Shown here piece after piece: positions 8,141-18,115 of a stretch of 64,000 nucleotides of DNA (position 1 is the stretch's first letter; each line of letters starts with the position of its first letter). Where the stretch lies: the IMG/VR virus record IMGVR_UViG_3300048861_000257; one strand, written 5' to 3'. This stretch comes from an uncultured virus (IMG/VR IMGVR_UViG_3300048861_000257) (Duplodnaviria; Heunggongvirae; Uroviricota; Caudoviricetes; Herelleviridae). The position numbers and the translations under genes are program-made. The notes beneath the pieces were generated by a model that was not told the DNA's origin, made no database searches, and was given only the letters and a program-made list of their open reading frames with translations.

Positions 8141-11065
8141 ATGGCACCGAACACCACCGACGAGGCCCCGGACAAGCGCCGCAAGAAGGGTCTGCTCTTC
8201 CTGCCGCTTCTGGGCATCCCGCTTCTTGTTGGGGGAGGTGTGGCGACTGTGGCGATGGTCAACGCGAGCCAAGACACCGCCGTCAGCTCCAGTGCTGCGG
8301 GCTCTGCAAAGCAGAGTGAGGGCACCGACGCGCCGCGGCTGGCGCCGGGCGGTCTCGGTGACATCCCGCTCCCGCTCGCCCCGGGAGAGCCGAATGGCCC
8401 CATCGGAGATGGTGGGATGCTCCCTCCTGTGCTCGGTGGCGGCACCGATGGTCAGACCATCGACGCTCCGTCCGATTCCCGCACCGACGAAGGCGGAAAG
8501 GGCTCGCCAACCGGCGACTCTCCGGCCACAGGCGGACAGGGCAACGCTGCGACGGGCGGCTCGGGTTCGGGATCCGGCAGTACGCCGCCGCCCTCGACCG
8601 GCACACCGTCGCCGGGTCCGACCAAGACCCCTGCCCCTGGGGGTACGCCCACGCCGGCTCCGACCACGACTCCCATCCCCGGCGGGACCCCGACACCGTC
8701 ACCCACCCCCGACATCGGAGGCTCGGCCGCTGAGTCAGCTCAGGGCCTGCCCACGGCTATCCGTGAGTACGGCTACGCGGCGCTGATGCACGTGACCGGG
8801 AAATTCGACCTCACGGGGGCGAAGTGGTCCGTTCAGCAAGGCGAGCTGCCCGTCGGCCTCGCGATCGATGAGAACACCGGCGCGATCAACGGCATCACCA
8901 CCGGCTCCGAAGGCCGGTACTCGTTCCAGCTGAAGGTCGTCGCGGCCTCTGGCTCGCTCACCGGCTGGTTCTTCATCGAGGTCCTCCCCGCACCAAACGG
9001 TGGCGACGGTACCGGCGGATCCGGACCGTCGACGCCGGGCGACGGCACGAAGCCGGGTGACGGCGGAACCACCGAGCCGGGCGGAACACCCGGAGACGGA
9101 TCGACCGAGCAGCCTGGTGGATCCACGGGGGGCGACGGAAGCACTGACCCGAACCAGCCCGGCCAGGGTGGGGACAACGGTTCCGGCGACGGCGGCAGTG
9201 GTCAGGCTCCCGACGAGAACGGCGGAAGCGGCACGCCCGGTTCCGGCGACGGTGGCACGGATGGCGGCTCGGAGCCGTCGCCCACTCCCGACCCGGGCAC
9301 CGGAACCGAAACCCCGACGCCTGGTGATGGGAGCACCTCGGACCCCGATGATCCGTCGCAAATCGATCCGGGCAGCGGAGGATCGCAGACGGACGTGCTG
9401 GCCTTCGACGTTCCTGAGAAGCTGCCGGTGACCGTGAGCGGCCGCATTGATCAGGATCTGGCCGCGACCTCCAGCCTGGGTCTGGCGATCAGCTACAGCG
9501 CGAGCGGCCTGCCGAGCTGGCTGTCCTTCGTCGATGGCCATCTGGCGGGCGACGCGCCGGACGTGGAGGGCGCGTTCAACGTCACGCTGACGGCGATCGA
9601 TGACAAGCACACCATCGCGCGCCAGCTGACGATCTCCGTCAACCCTGACGTGATCCAGGTGGACGCGGCGGGACTCTCGCTCTCCCAGGGCGCCACGGGC
9701 ACCCTCGAGCTGCACGCGACGAACGGCGCGAGCAACGCCAGCTTCACCTTCACGGTCACCGACCCCGCGTCGGGAGCCGTGAGCATCGACGGGACGACCC
9801 TGACCGCCTCGTTCGCCCAACCGGGCAGCTTCCAGGTCAGCGTGCTCGTGCGAGACGTGAACTCACCGAACTCCGCCAGCAAGACGATCATCATCCCGGT
9901 GGAGGTGACCCCGACCCCGATCGCGTTCGAGGCCGGGGGGCTCAATGCCACGCAATACGTCGCCTTCACTGGTCAACTCAGTGCGACCGGCGGATGGGGC
10001 CGCTACACCTACAAAGTGGTCGACGGCACGCTGCCCCCCGGCCTGAAGCTCGACGGCAGCGGGTCCATCACAGGAACGGCGTCGACCGCGGGCAGCTACA
10101 CCGCCACAGTCCAGGTGGCCGACTACAAGGGCCTCGTCGCACAGAGCACGCTCACTGTGACCGTGGCGACGAACCCGGCGATCTCACCGGCTACTACCAT
10201 CCAGGTGGCCACCGCGCCTGTGGACGAAGCGTTCTCCAGCGATGGATCGAAGCTCTACGTGGTGAGTAGCTTGGGGAAGACGTTGAGCGTCATCGACCGG
10301 GCGACCAGCACCGTGACCGGCATCATTCCCCTGACCGTCTATCCCAACGGGGTCGCCGCGTCGGCCGATGGTCGATACGTGGCGGTGAGCTACGCAACCG
10401 GAACCCAGGTCTTCGACGTCGCCACCAACGCGTTGGTCACGACGATCCTGGGCACCAACCCGCTCGATGTCTCGTGGTCAAGCGACAGCTCGCAGCTGTT
10501 CGTTCTGCGCGGGGCCTCCAGTGCAGCCCAGTTCGACATCATCGACGCCTCCACTTGGACGCTCGAGAAGACGATCAAGGTCGGTGCGACCACTAGCAAC
10601 TGGCGACTGACCGAGCTGCCCAACGGACACGTCCTCGCGAATAGCGGCTACTCGGCGACCGTGTACGAGATCGATCCGGTGGCGGGAACCGCGACCGCGA
10701 ACTTCTCCAACGGCGCCCAAGGCATCGGCGCGGTGGCATCCAGCGGTGACGGCACTGCATGGGTGGTCGGGTCGACCATGCTCCGACACATCGATCTCAC
10801 CACCAAGAAGCAGATCACTCAGACCGACCTGGGCTCGGGCGTTTCGGTGGTGGGGACGGCCCTCTCGCCGGATGGCCAGTGGCTCTACCTGCTGACAACC
10901 TCCGGCACGGTGATCGTCTTCGACACCCAAGCGAACACCGTGAACGCCCGTGTCCCTGTCGATGCGAGCACGGGCGGCAAACTCGTCGTGAGCGCCGACG
11001 GACGGGTCTACACCACGAGCGGCAGCAGCAAGACCGTCGTGACGGTGCTCGCGCCTTCGTTCTGA
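8141..11065 (+). CDS. Membrane-anchored surface protein/adhesin with putative Ig (He_PIG) repeats and a YVTN-type beta-propeller
   Basis: RRKK followed by a hydrophobic anchor; P/G/T/D-rich linkers; GxLPxGLxxDxxxGxIxG repeats; C-terminal SxDGxxxYV propeller repeats. Confidence 0.8.
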   Translation: MAPNTTDEAPDKRRKKGLLFLPLLGIPLLVGGGVATVAMVNASQDTAVSSSAAGSAKQSEGTDAPRLAPGGLGDIPLPLAPGEPNGPIGDGGMLPPVLGGGTDGQTIDAPSDSRTDEGGKGSPTGDSPATGGQGNAATGGSGSGSGSTPPPSTGTPSPGPTKTPAPGGTPTPAPTTTPIPGGTPTPSPTPDIGGSAAESAQGLPTAIREYGYAALMHVTGKFDLTGAKWSVQQGELPVGLAIDENTGAINGITTGSEGRYSFQLKVVAASGSLTGWFFIEVLPAPNGGDGTGGSGPSTPGDGTKPGDGGTTEPGGTPGDGSTEQPGGSTGGDGSTDPNQPGQGGDNGSGDGGSGQAPDENGGSGTPGSGDGGTDGGSEPSPTPDPGTGTETPTPGDGSTSDPDDPSQIDPGSGGSQTDVLAFDVPEKLPVTVSGRIDQDLAATSSLGLAISYSASGLPSWLSFVDGHLAGDAPDVEGAFNVTLTAIDDKHTIARQLTISVNPDVIQVDAAGLSLSQGATGTLELHATNGASNASFTFTVTDPASGAVSIDGTTLTASFAQPGSFQVSVLVRDVNSPNSASKTIIIPVEVTPTPIAFEAGGLNATQYVAFTGQLSATGGWGRYTYKVVDGTLPPGLKLDGSGSITGTASTAGSYTATVQVADYKGLVAQSTLTVTVATNPAISPATTIQVATAPVDEAFSSDGSKLYVVSSLGKTLSVIDRATSTVTGIIPLTVYPNGVAASADGRYVAVSYATGTQVFDVATNALVTTILGTNPLDVSWSSDSSQLFVLRGASSAAQFDIIDASTWTLEKTIKVGATTSNWRLTELPNGHVLANSGYSATVYEIDPVAGTATANFSNGAQGIGAVASSGDGTAWVVGSTMLRHIDLTTKKQITQTDLGSGVSVVGTALSPDGQWLYLLTTSGTVIVFDTQANTVNARVPVDASTGGKLVVSADGRVYTTSGSSKTVVTVLAPSF

Positions 11066-11130
11066 CGATCAGACCTGGCCGGTGGCGGACGCCGCTGCCG
11101 GCCAGGTCGTTCCGGCGATAACATCGACGG

Positions 11131-11448
11131 ATGAGCGAGGGACACATCGAGCGACTGCTGCTGGCCGATCTTGACTACCAGGCCGCCCTGGAGTTCCGGG
11201 CTGTGGCCGAGGAGGCCGTCAAGCTCCGCGAGCGAGCCGTCGAGCTGCATGTCGCGGTGGGCTCCATGGCGCCGACCAAGGCGACACGCGCACTGGCGAG
11301 GGCACAGCAGGAGTACAAGCAGCTCAACAGGATCTGCCTGCGTCACGCGGCCCGCCGGCTGGACGCGTCTCTGCGCGCTGAGGGCACGGCGAGCGAGATG
11401 GAGTCGGCGGTCATCCTCTTCGACATCACCCATCCTGTGGCGGCCTGA
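11131..11448 (+). CDS. Hypothetical helical protein
   Basis: 105-aa ORF with ATG start, filling the gap between neighbours. Confidence 0.5.
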   Translation: MSEGHIERLLLADLDYQAALEFRAVAEEAVKLRERAVELHVAVGSMAPTKATRALARAQQEYKQLNRICLRHAARRLDASLRAEGTASEMESAVILFDITHPVAA

Positions 11449-11498
11449 GCTCGAGCACGCGTTCACCCTTCGTCGGTGGGGTACGGGAAGATGACTCC

Positions 11499-11813
11499 AT
11501 GACCTTTCTGATCGACAACGGCTGGGCCGTCTTCCTGCTCGTCGGCCTCGTGCTGCTGGTCTTCGGCAGCCGTCGAGGTCGGGTCCGTCGTGAGAACGGG
11601 ACCGTGGCGATCGCCCCCAATCTCGTCAGCCGCCCACTCATCTCGGCTGGCATCACCGTTCTCGCCCTCGGCGGTGTCTTCGGTCTGGCGGTGGCGATCG
11701 CGAAGGGGAACCCGATCGGTGTCGTGATGTCGATCATCACACCCGCGATCTACGCCTTCGTGGCCTACACGATCCTTCGTGTCCAGCGACGGACGGGCGC
11801 CGCCAGCCGCTGA
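11499..11813 (+). CDS. Small membrane protein
   Basis: Three hydrophobic segments. Confidence 0.65.
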   Translation: MTFLIDNGWAVFLLVGLVLLVFGSRRGRVRRENGTVAIAPNLVSRPLISAGITVLALGGVFGLAVAIAKGNPIGVVMSIITPAIYAFVAYTILRVQRRTGAASR

Positions 11814-11824
11814 GTGCGACCGCA

Positions 11825-11867
11825 AACGAAGAAGCCCGGGAGGCGACACCTCCCGGGCTTCTTCGTT
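11825..11867. terminator. Bidirectional terminator between convergent genes
   Basis: Perfect 19-bp stem AACGAAGAAGCCCGGGAGG / CCTCCCGGGCTTCTTCGTT with a 5-nt loop. Confidence 0.8.
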
Positions 11868-11874
11868 CAAGCGG

Positions 11875-12069
11875 CTACGCGTTGTTCTTCAGCCACCACC
11901 CCACCCAGCCGATGGCCCCGATGACGAGCGCGACGGCTCCGAAGGCCCCGACGAAGTCGAGGAAAGTCTTGGCGCCGAAACTGGCGCCGAGGTAGAGGCT
12001 GAGCACGATGTAGCCCCCCAGTCCCACGAGGGCGAGGTAGAGCTTGGTGCGGGGGTCGATGGAACGCAT
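11875..12069 (-). CDS. Small two-helix membrane protein
   Basis: RBS GGAAGGAGG before ATG 12069; two hydrophobic helices. Confidence 0.6.
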   Translation of the reverse strand: MRSIDPRTKLYLALVGLGGYIVLSLYLGASFGAKTFLDFVGAFGAVALVIGAIGWVGWWLKNNA

Positions 12070-12460
12070 AGGCGTTCCTCCTTCCGAGTGTTGTTTCCGA
12101 GGATGTTGCTTCGGAGGCATCGGGCCTCCTGTGTCCAGCTATGCGAGCTACATGCCCGGCAGGTGTCGGGTCCCATCCCTGGGTGAAGCCAGCACTTGGT
12201 CTATGCATCGAGTTCGCCGCCAGCTGTGGTCACCTCGCTCCGGCTCCCGGAGCAGCTGCGCTGCTCGGAGGAGGCGTGCCGAAACCGAGCAGTCATCACG
12301 ACGCGATCGAACGCTCCGCGGCGCAACCTCAATCGGGTCAGCAACCGGTGCCGGCGCCAGGCGATCGACGGCCGTACATGGGCGGCTCACGTGGCTCGTT
12401 CTGGGGGTCGGATGATTGATTCTCTCGCCAATCCGCCTCGACGTCCCAGTTACAATTAGA

Positions 12461-12472
12461 CACGTATACGAG
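12461..12472. promoter_or_regulatory. Palindromic box, copy 5
   Basis: CACGTATACGAG, 4 bp after TACAAT, upstream of the topoisomerase gene. Confidence 0.7.
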
Positions 12473-12499
12473 GAAAAACGAGCACTCAAGGAGTCACCA

Positions 12500-14734
12500 A
12501 TGCCAGTTGCGATCCTCACCGAGAAGCCCTCAGCCGGCCGCGCTTTCGCCGGCGCGCTGGGTGGCACCCAGGGCACCTTCAACGGCGAGTCCTATGTCAT
12601 CGTTTCGGCGCGCGGCCATCTGTTCGAGCTCGCGCAACCGCAGGATCAGCTCGTCGGCGCGAGCGCGGATGAGGCGCAGCGGATGAAGTCGTGGAAGCTG
12701 GAGAACCTGCCCTGGGACGCATCGGCCTTCTCCTGGGCCCGTGTGCCGATCAAGGGGACCAGCGACACCCTGAAGCAGTTGCGTACCGTCCTGCCCCGGG
12801 TCGACGAGATCGTCATCGCGACCGACCTCGATCCCACGGGGGAGGGGGACGCGATCGCCTGGAACATCATCGACGAGCTGAAGCTGCACGGGAAGAATTT
12901 CTCCAGGATGGAGTTCACCGACGAGGCCCCGGCCTCGATCCAGAAGGCCTTCGTGAAGCGGCGGCCGGTGAAGTCGATGCTGGCCGAGGGCAACTACCTC
13001 ATGGCCGACTTCCGTAATCGATTCGACTTCCTCACCATGCAGTTCACCCGCGTGGCCTCGCTCACGGCCGCTCAGCGCACGGTGCTGCGGCAGGGTCGGC
13101 TCAAGTCGGTCATGGTGAAGCTCGTCGGCGAGCAGCTGGCCGCCCACAACAACTACGTGAAAGTGCCCCGGTACCAGAACCGGTTCCGCGACGAGAACGG
13201 GGTGCTCTACACGAACCCGGAGGAGCCACAGTTCGCCACCGAGGGCGAGGTCCCCCGGATCTACCAACCGTCCGCCGTCGTGCTCGACAAGCGCACGAAC
13301 AAGGCCACGGCACCGAAGCGTCTGCTGGATCTCGCGGGCCTCTCCGCGCGCCTATCCAGCAAGGGCGTGAAGGCTGATCAGGTCCTCGCGGTCTACCAGA
13401 AGATGTACGAGAACCAGGTGGTCTCCTACCCGCGAACCGAGGACAAGACGATCACCACCGAGCAGTTCAACGAACTGCTCCCGTACGTCAACAAGATCGC
13501 CGCCGTCGTCGGCGTGGACGTGACACTGCTCACCCACCGGCAGCCCCGGAAGACCCACGTGAAGGACTCCGGCGCGCACGGCGCCAACCGTCCCGGCCCC
13601 AAGGTCCCCGCCTCGCTCGACGCACTCAAGACGACGTACGGCACGATCGCCCCGCTGATCTACGTCGAGCTCGCGCGCTCCTACCTGGCCATGCTCGCCG
13701 AGGACTACCTCTACGAGGCGCAGGAGGGCCACCTGGAGCGCTACCCCGACTTCATCGGCCGGGCCAGCGTGCCGAAGAGCCTCGGCTGGAAGCAGGTGTT
13801 CTTCGACGTCGACGACAAGGACGACGACGAGGAGGATGAGGACAACCCGAAGGGGCTCGGCACCATTGGGCAGCCGATCGTCTACGAGATCATCCCGCCG
13901 CGGCCGGAGCACCCGTCGATGAAGTGGCTGATGAAGCAGCTGGAGAAGCGGGACGTGGGCACCGGTGCTACGCGGACCAGCACCTACGCCGACGTCACCA
14001 GCAACAGGGGCGACTACCCACTGTTGAGCGAGTCCCGCGGCAAGATCACGATGACCGAGTACGGCGACATGAGCTATCGGCTGCTGCCCGGAACGAGGAT
14101 CGGCGACCTGGAACTCACCGAGCGCGTCTACGCGACGATGCGCGACGTCGCGGCCGGGAAGACGAGCGCCGACGACGAGCTGAAGATCGTCGCACAATGG
14201 GTGCTCGAGGACATCAAGACGATGAGCGCCAACGCCGTCATCATGCGCAAGGAGCTCGGGCTCAACGAGGCGCAGCCTCGCAAGGAGCAGGTCTCCGGAG
14301 TGTGGGCCGTCACCGGTGAGCAGGTCCGATTCAGCCGGGAGTGGTCGGGACACACCTTCACCGACGCGGAGGTCGACGCTCTGCTCGCCGGCCAGGAGAT
14401 CTCCTTCACCGCCATCAACTCCTCCGACAAGAAGCAGTACACGGCGCGCGGAAAGCTCGCGCATCAGACGTTCACCAAGAACGGCCGCGATACGGCGTAC
14501 TTCGGCTTCAAACGCGACAGGGCACCGCGACTGGACGCCAGCGGTGCGGCGATCCCCCCGGCCGAATGGTGCGGACACGTATTCAGCCGCGACGAACTCA
14601 CGAAGCTGAAGGCCGGCTCCAAGATCTACGCCGACGACTTCGCGAGCAAGAAGGGGAAGACCTTCGCCGCGACCGTCCACTTCGGCCTCGAAAAGGGGTC
14701 GAAGGTGAAGAGGATCATTCCCGAGTTCGGCTGA
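12500..14734 (+). CDS. Type IA DNA topoisomerase (plasmid topo III-like)
   Basis: TOPRIM ILTEKPS, ARGHL and ATDLDPTGEG; QGRLKS; catalytic SYPRTE; GTGATR; RBS AAGGAG. Confidence 0.92.
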   Translation: MPVAILTEKPSAGRAFAGALGGTQGTFNGESYVIVSARGHLFELAQPQDQLVGASADEAQRMKSWKLENLPWDASAFSWARVPIKGTSDTLKQLRTVLPRVDEIVIATDLDPTGEGDAIAWNIIDELKLHGKNFSRMEFTDEAPASIQKAFVKRRPVKSMLAEGNYLMADFRNRFDFLTMQFTRVASLTAAQRTVLRQGRLKSVMVKLVGEQLAAHNNYVKVPRYQNRFRDENGVLYTNPEEPQFATEGEVPRIYQPSAVVLDKRTNKATAPKRLLDLAGLSARLSSKGVKADQVLAVYQKMYENQVVSYPRTEDKTITTEQFNELLPYVNKIAAVVGVDVTLLTHRQPRKTHVKDSGAHGANRPGPKVPASLDALKTTYGTIAPLIYVELARSYLAMLAEDYLYEAQEGHLERYPDFIGRASVPKSLGWKQVFFDVDDKDDDEEDEDNPKGLGTIGQPIVYEIIPPRPEHPSMKWLMKQLEKRDVGTGATRTSTYADVTSNRGDYPLLSESRGKITMTEYGDMSYRLLPGTRIGDLELTERVYATMRDVAAGKTSADDELKIVAQWVLEDIKTMSANAVIMRKELGLNEAQPRKEQVSGVWAVTGEQVRFSREWSGHTFTDAEVDALLAGQEISFTAINSSDKKQYTARGKLAHQTFTKNGRDTAYFGFKRDRAPRLDASGAAIPPAEWCGHVFSRDELTKLKAGSKIYADDFASKKGKTFAATVHFGLEKGSKVKRIIPEFG

Positions 14735-14758
14735 TCCGAGAGCACGCGTCCCGACCAG

Positions 14759-14793
14759 AGACCCCCATCTGCGAACCGAGCCGATGGGGGTCT
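14759..14793 (+). terminator. Intrinsic terminator
   Basis: AGACCCCCATC...GATGGGGGTCT hairpin after the topoisomerase gene. Confidence 0.6.
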
Positions 14794-14866
14794 TCGCGTG
14801 CCGGGATTGACTCTCTGAATCGTTGTGCCACCCCAAATGGGGACCCCGTAAATCCGTTCATTCTCG

Positions 14867-14878
14867 CTCGTTTTCGAG
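14867..14878. promoter_or_regulatory. Palindromic box, copy 6
   Basis: CTCGTTTTCGAG, upstream of the virB3/B4/B6-like operon. Confidence 0.6.
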
Positions 14879-14957
14879 CGAATACGTTAGCCCAGCAGGT
14901 AGGCTAGAGGGCAGTGTGGGCCGCCGACCGGCCTACCGAGATCAGGAGGCGGAACAC

Positions 14958-15824
14958 GTGGCGAAGAGCATCTACAAGATCCCGAGCTCACTCAACCGCT
15001 CGGTGCTCGACCACGAGATCACACTGAGCGGCGGCGGCCTGCAGATCAAGCCGCTACCGGTGAAGGTGATCGGGTTCTGGATCCTGTCGATCTTCGCCCT
15101 GTTCTGGCTGCTCACGAACACGTTCCTCAAGAGCGCCGACTGGTACCTCCTGGGCCTCATCGTCGTCTGGTGGTTGCTCGCGACCGCGTTCTTCGGCAAC
15201 TACTCCAAGACCAAGGAACTGAAGCTCAGCAGCGTCCCCGCGCTGCTCAACTACCTGCCGCGCTCGGCCCGACGAGTCTCGACTCGCAAGGCGGACGATC
15301 CGAGCGCCTTCTACGCGATCGCCGGCATCGACGGCATCGACGACTCGGGCTTCATCGCCTGGGGCGACGGCACTGTCGGCCAGGCGTACCAGGTGGTCGG
15401 CTCGGCATCGGTCCTCGTGTTCGCTCAGGACAAGACCTCGATCCTGGACCGGGTCGACGCCTTCTACCGCAAGGTCGACACGAGCGCTGAGTATCTCTGG
15501 TTGACGACGAAGGAGCCGCAGCGCGTATACCGCCAGCTCGGCAACCTCGAGAAGCGCAACCTCGCTCTCAACATCGATGACCCCGAGCTGTTCGAGCTGA
15601 TGCAGGAGCAGCACTCGATCCTGAAGGACTACGTCGGTGGGTCGTTCACCTCCATCCACCAGTACCTCGTCATCAAGGCCGACAACCTCGAGGCGCTGCG
15701 TCGAGCGCACGCCGTGGTCCGGGCCGAGGCCGAGGAGTCGGCGCTGATGATCAAGCAGCTCACGCAGCTGGACGGCGACGACACCAAGGAGATGTTCGCC
15801 AACTTCTACGGGCGTTCCGCCTGA
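14958..15824 (+). CDS. Conjugation membrane protein (VirB3/TrsD-like), directly upstream of virB4
   Basis: Two TM helices followed by a soluble domain; RBS AGGAGG with GTG start. The call rests mainly on position. Confidence 0.55.
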   Translation: MAKSIYKIPSSLNRSVLDHEITLSGGGLQIKPLPVKVIGFWILSIFALFWLLTNTFLKSADWYLLGLIVVWWLLATAFFGNYSKTKELKLSSVPALLNYLPRSARRVSTRKADDPSAFYAIAGIDGIDDSGFIAWGDGTVGQAYQVVGSASVLVFAQDKTSILDRVDAFYRKVDTSAEYLWLTTKEPQRVYRQLGNLEKRNLALNIDDPELFELMQEQHSILKDYVGGSFTSIHQYLVIKADNLEALRRAHAVVRAEAEESALMIKQLTQLDGDDTKEMFANFYGRSA

Positions 15825-15880
15825 GCCGCGTGGCGGCCACGATGACCTCTCCGACGATTCACGAGCACAGGGACCAGACC

Positions 15881-18115
15881 ATGAGCCTCAGCACCACACA
15901 GGACACCGCCTCGACCAGCCACTCCGCCCCGTGGGCCGCAAGCGCTGCTCCGTTCGCTGGCGAAGGGGGCCTCGCCTCCCTTCGACGCACGGCGGCCGAG
16001 ACCAAGGTCTCTGAGGCCGAGCGCGCGGAGGACGACGCAGACCCCTACGCCGGCCTCAGCCCGAAGGAGCGCCGGGCGGCCGAGCGTCAGGCACGCCGGT
16101 TGAAGGGCACCTTCGCCGACTACCCGCATCTGCTGGCCATCAAACCGCGCGAGGGCTACCTCTTCCGGAGCGACTACTTCGACGTCGACGGCGGGATGGC
16201 GTGCATCCTCGGCTTCTTCCACGACGAGGCAGCGCGCGACGACTTCGGTGCGTTCTGGGGCATCAACCGGGTCCCCTCCGGCCTGGGCGAGGGCGTCAGC
16301 GTGATCGTGCTGGAGCAGGTGCGCCGGATGGGCGAGAAGTGGATCGACGACCACGTCACCAGCACCGAGAGGCTGGAGAAGCTCTCCGACAACGAGCAGA
16401 ACGCGTCGGGCACCAACAGCTCTCGACGGAAGGCCAACAAGGTCGCCTCCGACGTCGAGATCGCCTCGGCCGAGATCCAGGACGGCGCCAGCTACCTCCA
16501 CGTGCACGACCGACTGCTGGTGAAGGCGCCCTCGCTGGCAGCATTGGACGAGACCCTCGAGCGCATCGGCCGGCTGTACGTCGATCGGTTCGCGACGCTC
16601 ACCGTGGCCGCCTACCCGGGGGAGCAGCGGCAGGAACTCTCCGCAGCGTTCCGGAAGAACGAGAAGAAGCGCGGCAAGGGTCAGCACTTCACCTCGATCG
16701 AGTTCGCCGGTTCGCACTCCCTGGTCACCAACGGGCTGAACGACGCAGCCGGAGAATACGTCGGTTCGATGCTCGGCGACGTGAACAACTCGGCCGTCCT
16801 CTTCGACGTCAACGGATACGAGCACCATGTCGTCGTCGCCGACGGGACGATGAACGCCGTCCTGGGCCGGGCGCACGTGCCCGACCTGTGGGGGAGCAAG
16901 GTGAGCCAGAGCGCGCTGCTGAACAACGGCCGCGTGGTCCACCTCATCCTCGACGGAGCTAACCTCGACGTCCTCGGTCCGAAGCTGACGAACATCACCG
17001 CGAGGCTGGACATGAACAGCGGCGACATCAACATGTTCGAGATGTTCGGCAACCGCGAGGACGAGCTCTCGATCTTTCCGGCGCACCTGGAGAAGATCGT
17101 GCTGATGGCCGAGCAGGCCTACGAGACCACCGACGACGACCGCTCGATCATCCGCGGATCGCTCAAGGAGACCCTGACCCAGTTCTACATCGACAAGGGA
17201 ATGTGGGCTCGCAACGCCAAGGTGAACCGCGACCGTCTGCGCCTGGTCGATCTCGACCACACGCACCTGCCTCGGCTCCAGGACCTGGTGACCTACTTCG
17301 ACACCCAGTACCGTGCGCTGGCCAACAGTCAGGCCCGCGACCCCGAAGCGCTGCACGCATACTCGGTCCTTCGGCTGGTGTTCAAGGACCTCCTGGACAA
17401 CAACGGCGACCTCTTCAACACGTACACCAGCGAGGAGATCGACGGGGTCGTCGAAGCCCGCCGCGTCCTCTACGACTTCTCCAAGCTGCTGCGCCGCGGC
17501 AAGGGCATCGCCATGGCACAGCTCGTCAACACCGTCGGTTTCGCCGTGGACAACCTCGGCCTCGGGGACACCGTCATCATCCACGGCACCGAGCACATCG
17601 ACGACCGGGTGAAGGCCTACATCACGACCCAGTTCGAGCGCCTGTTCGCGCGCGGCGGTCGGGTCGCCTACCTCTACAACGACGTCGACAAGATGCTCAA
17701 GGACTCGGAGTTCAACCGATTCGACCGAGCCGACTGGACCGTCCTCGGCCCCATGAGCGACCTGACCGTCGCGGCCTACCAGAAGCAGCTCTCCCAGGAC
17801 ATCCCGCCGGACCTCGAGCGCCTGGTCACCACCCGTGGTCAGGGGCTCGCATACCTCCGGCGCGGCGTCACCAACGTGGTCTTCCACCTCGACCTGGCAC
17901 TCGGTATCAATCCGCGCCGCGCCGCGCAGCGTGCTGAGGCCGAGCGTCTCGCAGCGGCCCTCCGCGCCACCCGCCGACCCATCACCGACACCACCGCGGC
18001 ACCCGCCACCAGCGGGGCGGAGCGATCGGTCAGGCCGAGCATGCGACCACGCGCCCTCCCCGACGCACCTGTACGGCAGGGCGTCACCACGACCTCCATG
18101 ATCCCGACGCGATGA
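15881..18115 (+). CDS. VirB4-like conjugation ATPase with degenerate Walker motifs
   Basis: VirB4-like layout (GEYVG...SAVLFD, RVVHLILD, INMFE, LPRLQDL, LYDFSKL, RGGRVAYLYNDV, RGQGL) but no GxxGxGK[ST] and no DE Walker B. Confidence 0.65.
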   Translation: MSLSTTQDTASTSHSAPWAASAAPFAGEGGLASLRRTAAETKVSEAERAEDDADPYAGLSPKERRAAERQARRLKGTFADYPHLLAIKPREGYLFRSDYFDVDGGMACILGFFHDEAARDDFGAFWGINRVPSGLGEGVSVIVLEQVRRMGEKWIDDHVTSTERLEKLSDNEQNASGTNSSRRKANKVASDVEIASAEIQDGASYLHVHDRLLVKAPSLAALDETLERIGRLYVDRFATLTVAAYPGEQRQELSAAFRKNEKKRGKGQHFTSIEFAGSHSLVTNGLNDAAGEYVGSMLGDVNNSAVLFDVNGYEHHVVVADGTMNAVLGRAHVPDLWGSKVSQSALLNNGRVVHLILDGANLDVLGPKLTNITARLDMNSGDINMFEMFGNREDELSIFPAHLEKIVLMAEQAYETTDDDRSIIRGSLKETLTQFYIDKGMWARNAKVNRDRLRLVDLDHTHLPRLQDLVTYFDTQYRALANSQARDPEALHAYSVLRLVFKDLLDNNGDLFNTYTSEEIDGVVEARRVLYDFSKLLRRGKGIAMAQLVNTVGFAVDNLGLGDTVIIHGTEHIDDRVKAYITTQFERLFARGGRVAYLYNDVDKMLKDSEFNRFDRADWTVLGPMSDLTVAAYQKQLSQDIPPDLERLVTTRGQGLAYLRRGVTNVVFHLDLALGINPRRAAQRAEAERLAAALRATRRPITDTTAAPATSGAERSVRPSMRPRALPDAPVRQGVTTTSMIPTR

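Noticed and set aside
8560..9380. Tandem-like nucleotide repeats (PGGTPTP, PGDG, GSGDGG)
   Set aside because: Explained by low-complexity linkers in the surface protein.
12070..12450. ORFs in the gap before the topoisomerase (e.g. 12141-12419)
   Set aside because: No RBS, no recognisable protein features and several equally weak overlapping frames.
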